A DNA stretch of 23,450 bases from Octopus sinensis (Eukaryota). A model generated the notes under the pieces. The model did no database searches. It saw only the letters and a list, made by a program, of their open reading frames with translations, and had not been told where the DNA came from. Positions 21,905-23,450 of this stretch are shown piece by piece; position 1 is the first letter of the stretch; each line of letters starts with the position of its first letter. The stretch covers positions 1 through 23,450 of the forward strand of contig NW_021836612.1 of assembly GCF_006345805.1 (NCBI RefSeq), in the 5' to 3' direction. Both the position numbers and the translations under genes were made by a program.

Positions 21905-22158
21905 GGCAAGAGCTACTGCTTCCCAACCAAATGGTTCCGAGTTCAGTCCCACTGCGTGACACCTTGCGCAACTGTCTTCTGCCATAGCGGTGGATTGACC
22001 AAAGTCGTGTGAGTGGATTTGGAAGAGGGAAACCCAAAGAAGCTCGCGGTATATATGCATAATTTATGTATGTGTCTCTGCGTCTCTGTTTGTCCAACCG
22101 CCAACGCTTGACAACCGGTGTTACAGTGTTTGCGTCCTCGTGACTTAGCAGTTCGGTC
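21905..22158 (+). mobile_element. SINE family B, 3'-truncated copy
   Basis: GCTTCCCAACCAAATGGTTCCGAGTTCAGTCCCACTGCGTGACACCTTG...GTGAGTGGATTTGG...GACTTAGCAGTTCGG. Confidence 0.85.
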
Positions 22159-22489
22159 TAACCAACTAACCAACTAGCTAACAAAGGAAGAAACGAACTA
22201 ACCAATTAAATAATTAATTAAATCTACGACCTTTATTGTTCTCATGCTTCAAATTCTTCCTATTTCAAATTTTAAGGAATTCTTCTTATTACTATCATTT
22301 ATTGTTATTATTATTATCAGTATCATTATTGTTATTATTATTATTATTATTATCAATAATAATAATAATATTAATATACCCATGAGTGTCTGTGGGTAGA
22401 CAACTGTCTATATATCTATCTTTCTCTAACGAAACGCTAGCGCCTACACACATGCATACATACATATACATATAATACATATACATACA

Positions 22490-22522
<33 letters not shown>

Positions 22523-22949
22523 GTTAGTTAGCTAGTTAGTTAATTTTGGCTCAAAAGCAAATAGCAAGGCCATGTAGGGGGACATGGAGTTAAGTACAGG
22601 GTGGTGTTCATGTAAAGAGTTCAGGCCACTTGAGGTCAAGGGAGGCTTTGAACAAAGAGGTTGTCGGCATCTTCACCATCTCGTCTGGCAGCTTGTTCCA
22701 CGGATCCGCAACCCGGACGGAGAAAGCTCCTCTCCTTCGATTGAGATGAAATCGTCGCAGGTAGAGCTTTTCGGAATGACCCCGCAGCCGACGCTCTGGA
22801 GCAGGAGTGAAGAACAGCTCTTTCGAGAGGTTACACTTTCCGCTTATGATGCTGTGAGCGAGAATGAGATCACCACAGCGGCGGCGTTTTTCTAGAGAAT
22901 AAAGGTCGAGCGTCCTCAGCCTTTCTTCATAGGACAAATTTTTGAGACC
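22523..22949 (-). mobile_element. CR1-clade LINE, 5'-truncated: ORF2 C-terminus, short 3' UTR and (CTAA)-like tail
   Basis: GLKNLSYEERLRTLDLYSLEKRRRCGDLI...RLRGHSEKL...FSVRVADPWNKLP matches the CR1 signatures LSYEERL-LxLxSLExRRxRGDLI, RGH and FSxRVVxxWNxLP. 114 codons without a stop (22949-22608); tail AATTAACTAACTAGCTAACTAAC. Confidence 0.92.
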
Positions 22950-22982
22950 ATTATATATATATGTATAATCATACATTGATAG

Positions 22983-23087
<105 letters not shown>

Positions 23088-23307
23088 TGCTAAAACATTA
23101 GCCCTGGAGAACTATTTATTAAGCGAAGAAAAGAAGAGACAAGAATTTCGGTCGAGGAGTAAAAGAGAAAAGTCTGCTAGAGATGAAAGAATTGTTTTTA
23201 AAGAAACCAAAATATCGATAGATGTAAATTCTTCGTCAAATCAATACATAATTTGTTATTAGCATCTGTGTGTCAGCGTTTGCGTGAGCACGGTTGTGAT
23301 GGCGTAC

Positions 23308-23450
23308 GTATATATGTGTATGCATGTATGTATGCATGTATGTATGTATGTATGTATGTATGTATGTATGTACGTATGCATGTATGCATGTATGCATGCA
23401 TGTATGCATGTATGTATGTATGCATGTATGTATGTATGAATTGTATGTAT
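23308..23450. repeat. (TATG)n/(CATG) array
   Basis: Direct reading. Confidence 0.95.

Noticed and set aside
205-22510. Most ORFs in the supplied track (poly-I/L/Y/H/M/S, YIYI, CVCV, YLSI)
   Set aside because: They are translations of microsatellites that lack stops in some frames; there is no domain signal.
22172-22537. 11-bp inverted match AACTAGCTAAC / GTTAGCTAGTT
   Set aside because: Both lie in (AACT)-type simple repeats; not credible as terminal inverted repeats.
22950-22976. Start codon of the 22608..22976 ORF (MYDYTYIYN)
   Set aside because: It lies in the flanking TA-rich repeat; only the downstream part is CR1, so it is not an independent gene.

Overview
This is an AT-rich eukaryotic non-coding window (intronic or intergenic) saturated with simple repeats and retro/rolling-circle element fragments. 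The extreme microsatellite density and the tRNA-headed SINE families suggest a coleoid cephalopod, probably Octopus; this is inferred from my recollection of these repeat families, not from a database search. No intact host gene is recognisable, and nearly all ORFs in the supplied track are microsatellite translations. Supported features are about 16 SINE copies from three families, two decayed RTE-clade LINE 3' fragments, one 5'-truncated CR1-clade LINE with an uninterrupted reading frame, one Helentron-associated (HINE/DINE-1-like) element, several Penelope-like terminal fragments and many di-, tri- and tetranucleotide arrays. The best leads are: (i) minimal type-I hammerhead-ribozyme-like folds with the palindromic ACGU helix III typical of Penelope elements, the clearest nested inside a SINE; (ii) two possible frame-preserving + strand micro-exons (36 and 42 nt); (iii) tail-to-tail inverted SINE pairs that could form dsRNA; (iv) recurrent microsatellite fold-backs; (v) a helically phased GGA-core array next to a perfect CRE. 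I found no convincing wholly new biological system. Most element boundaries are approximate.
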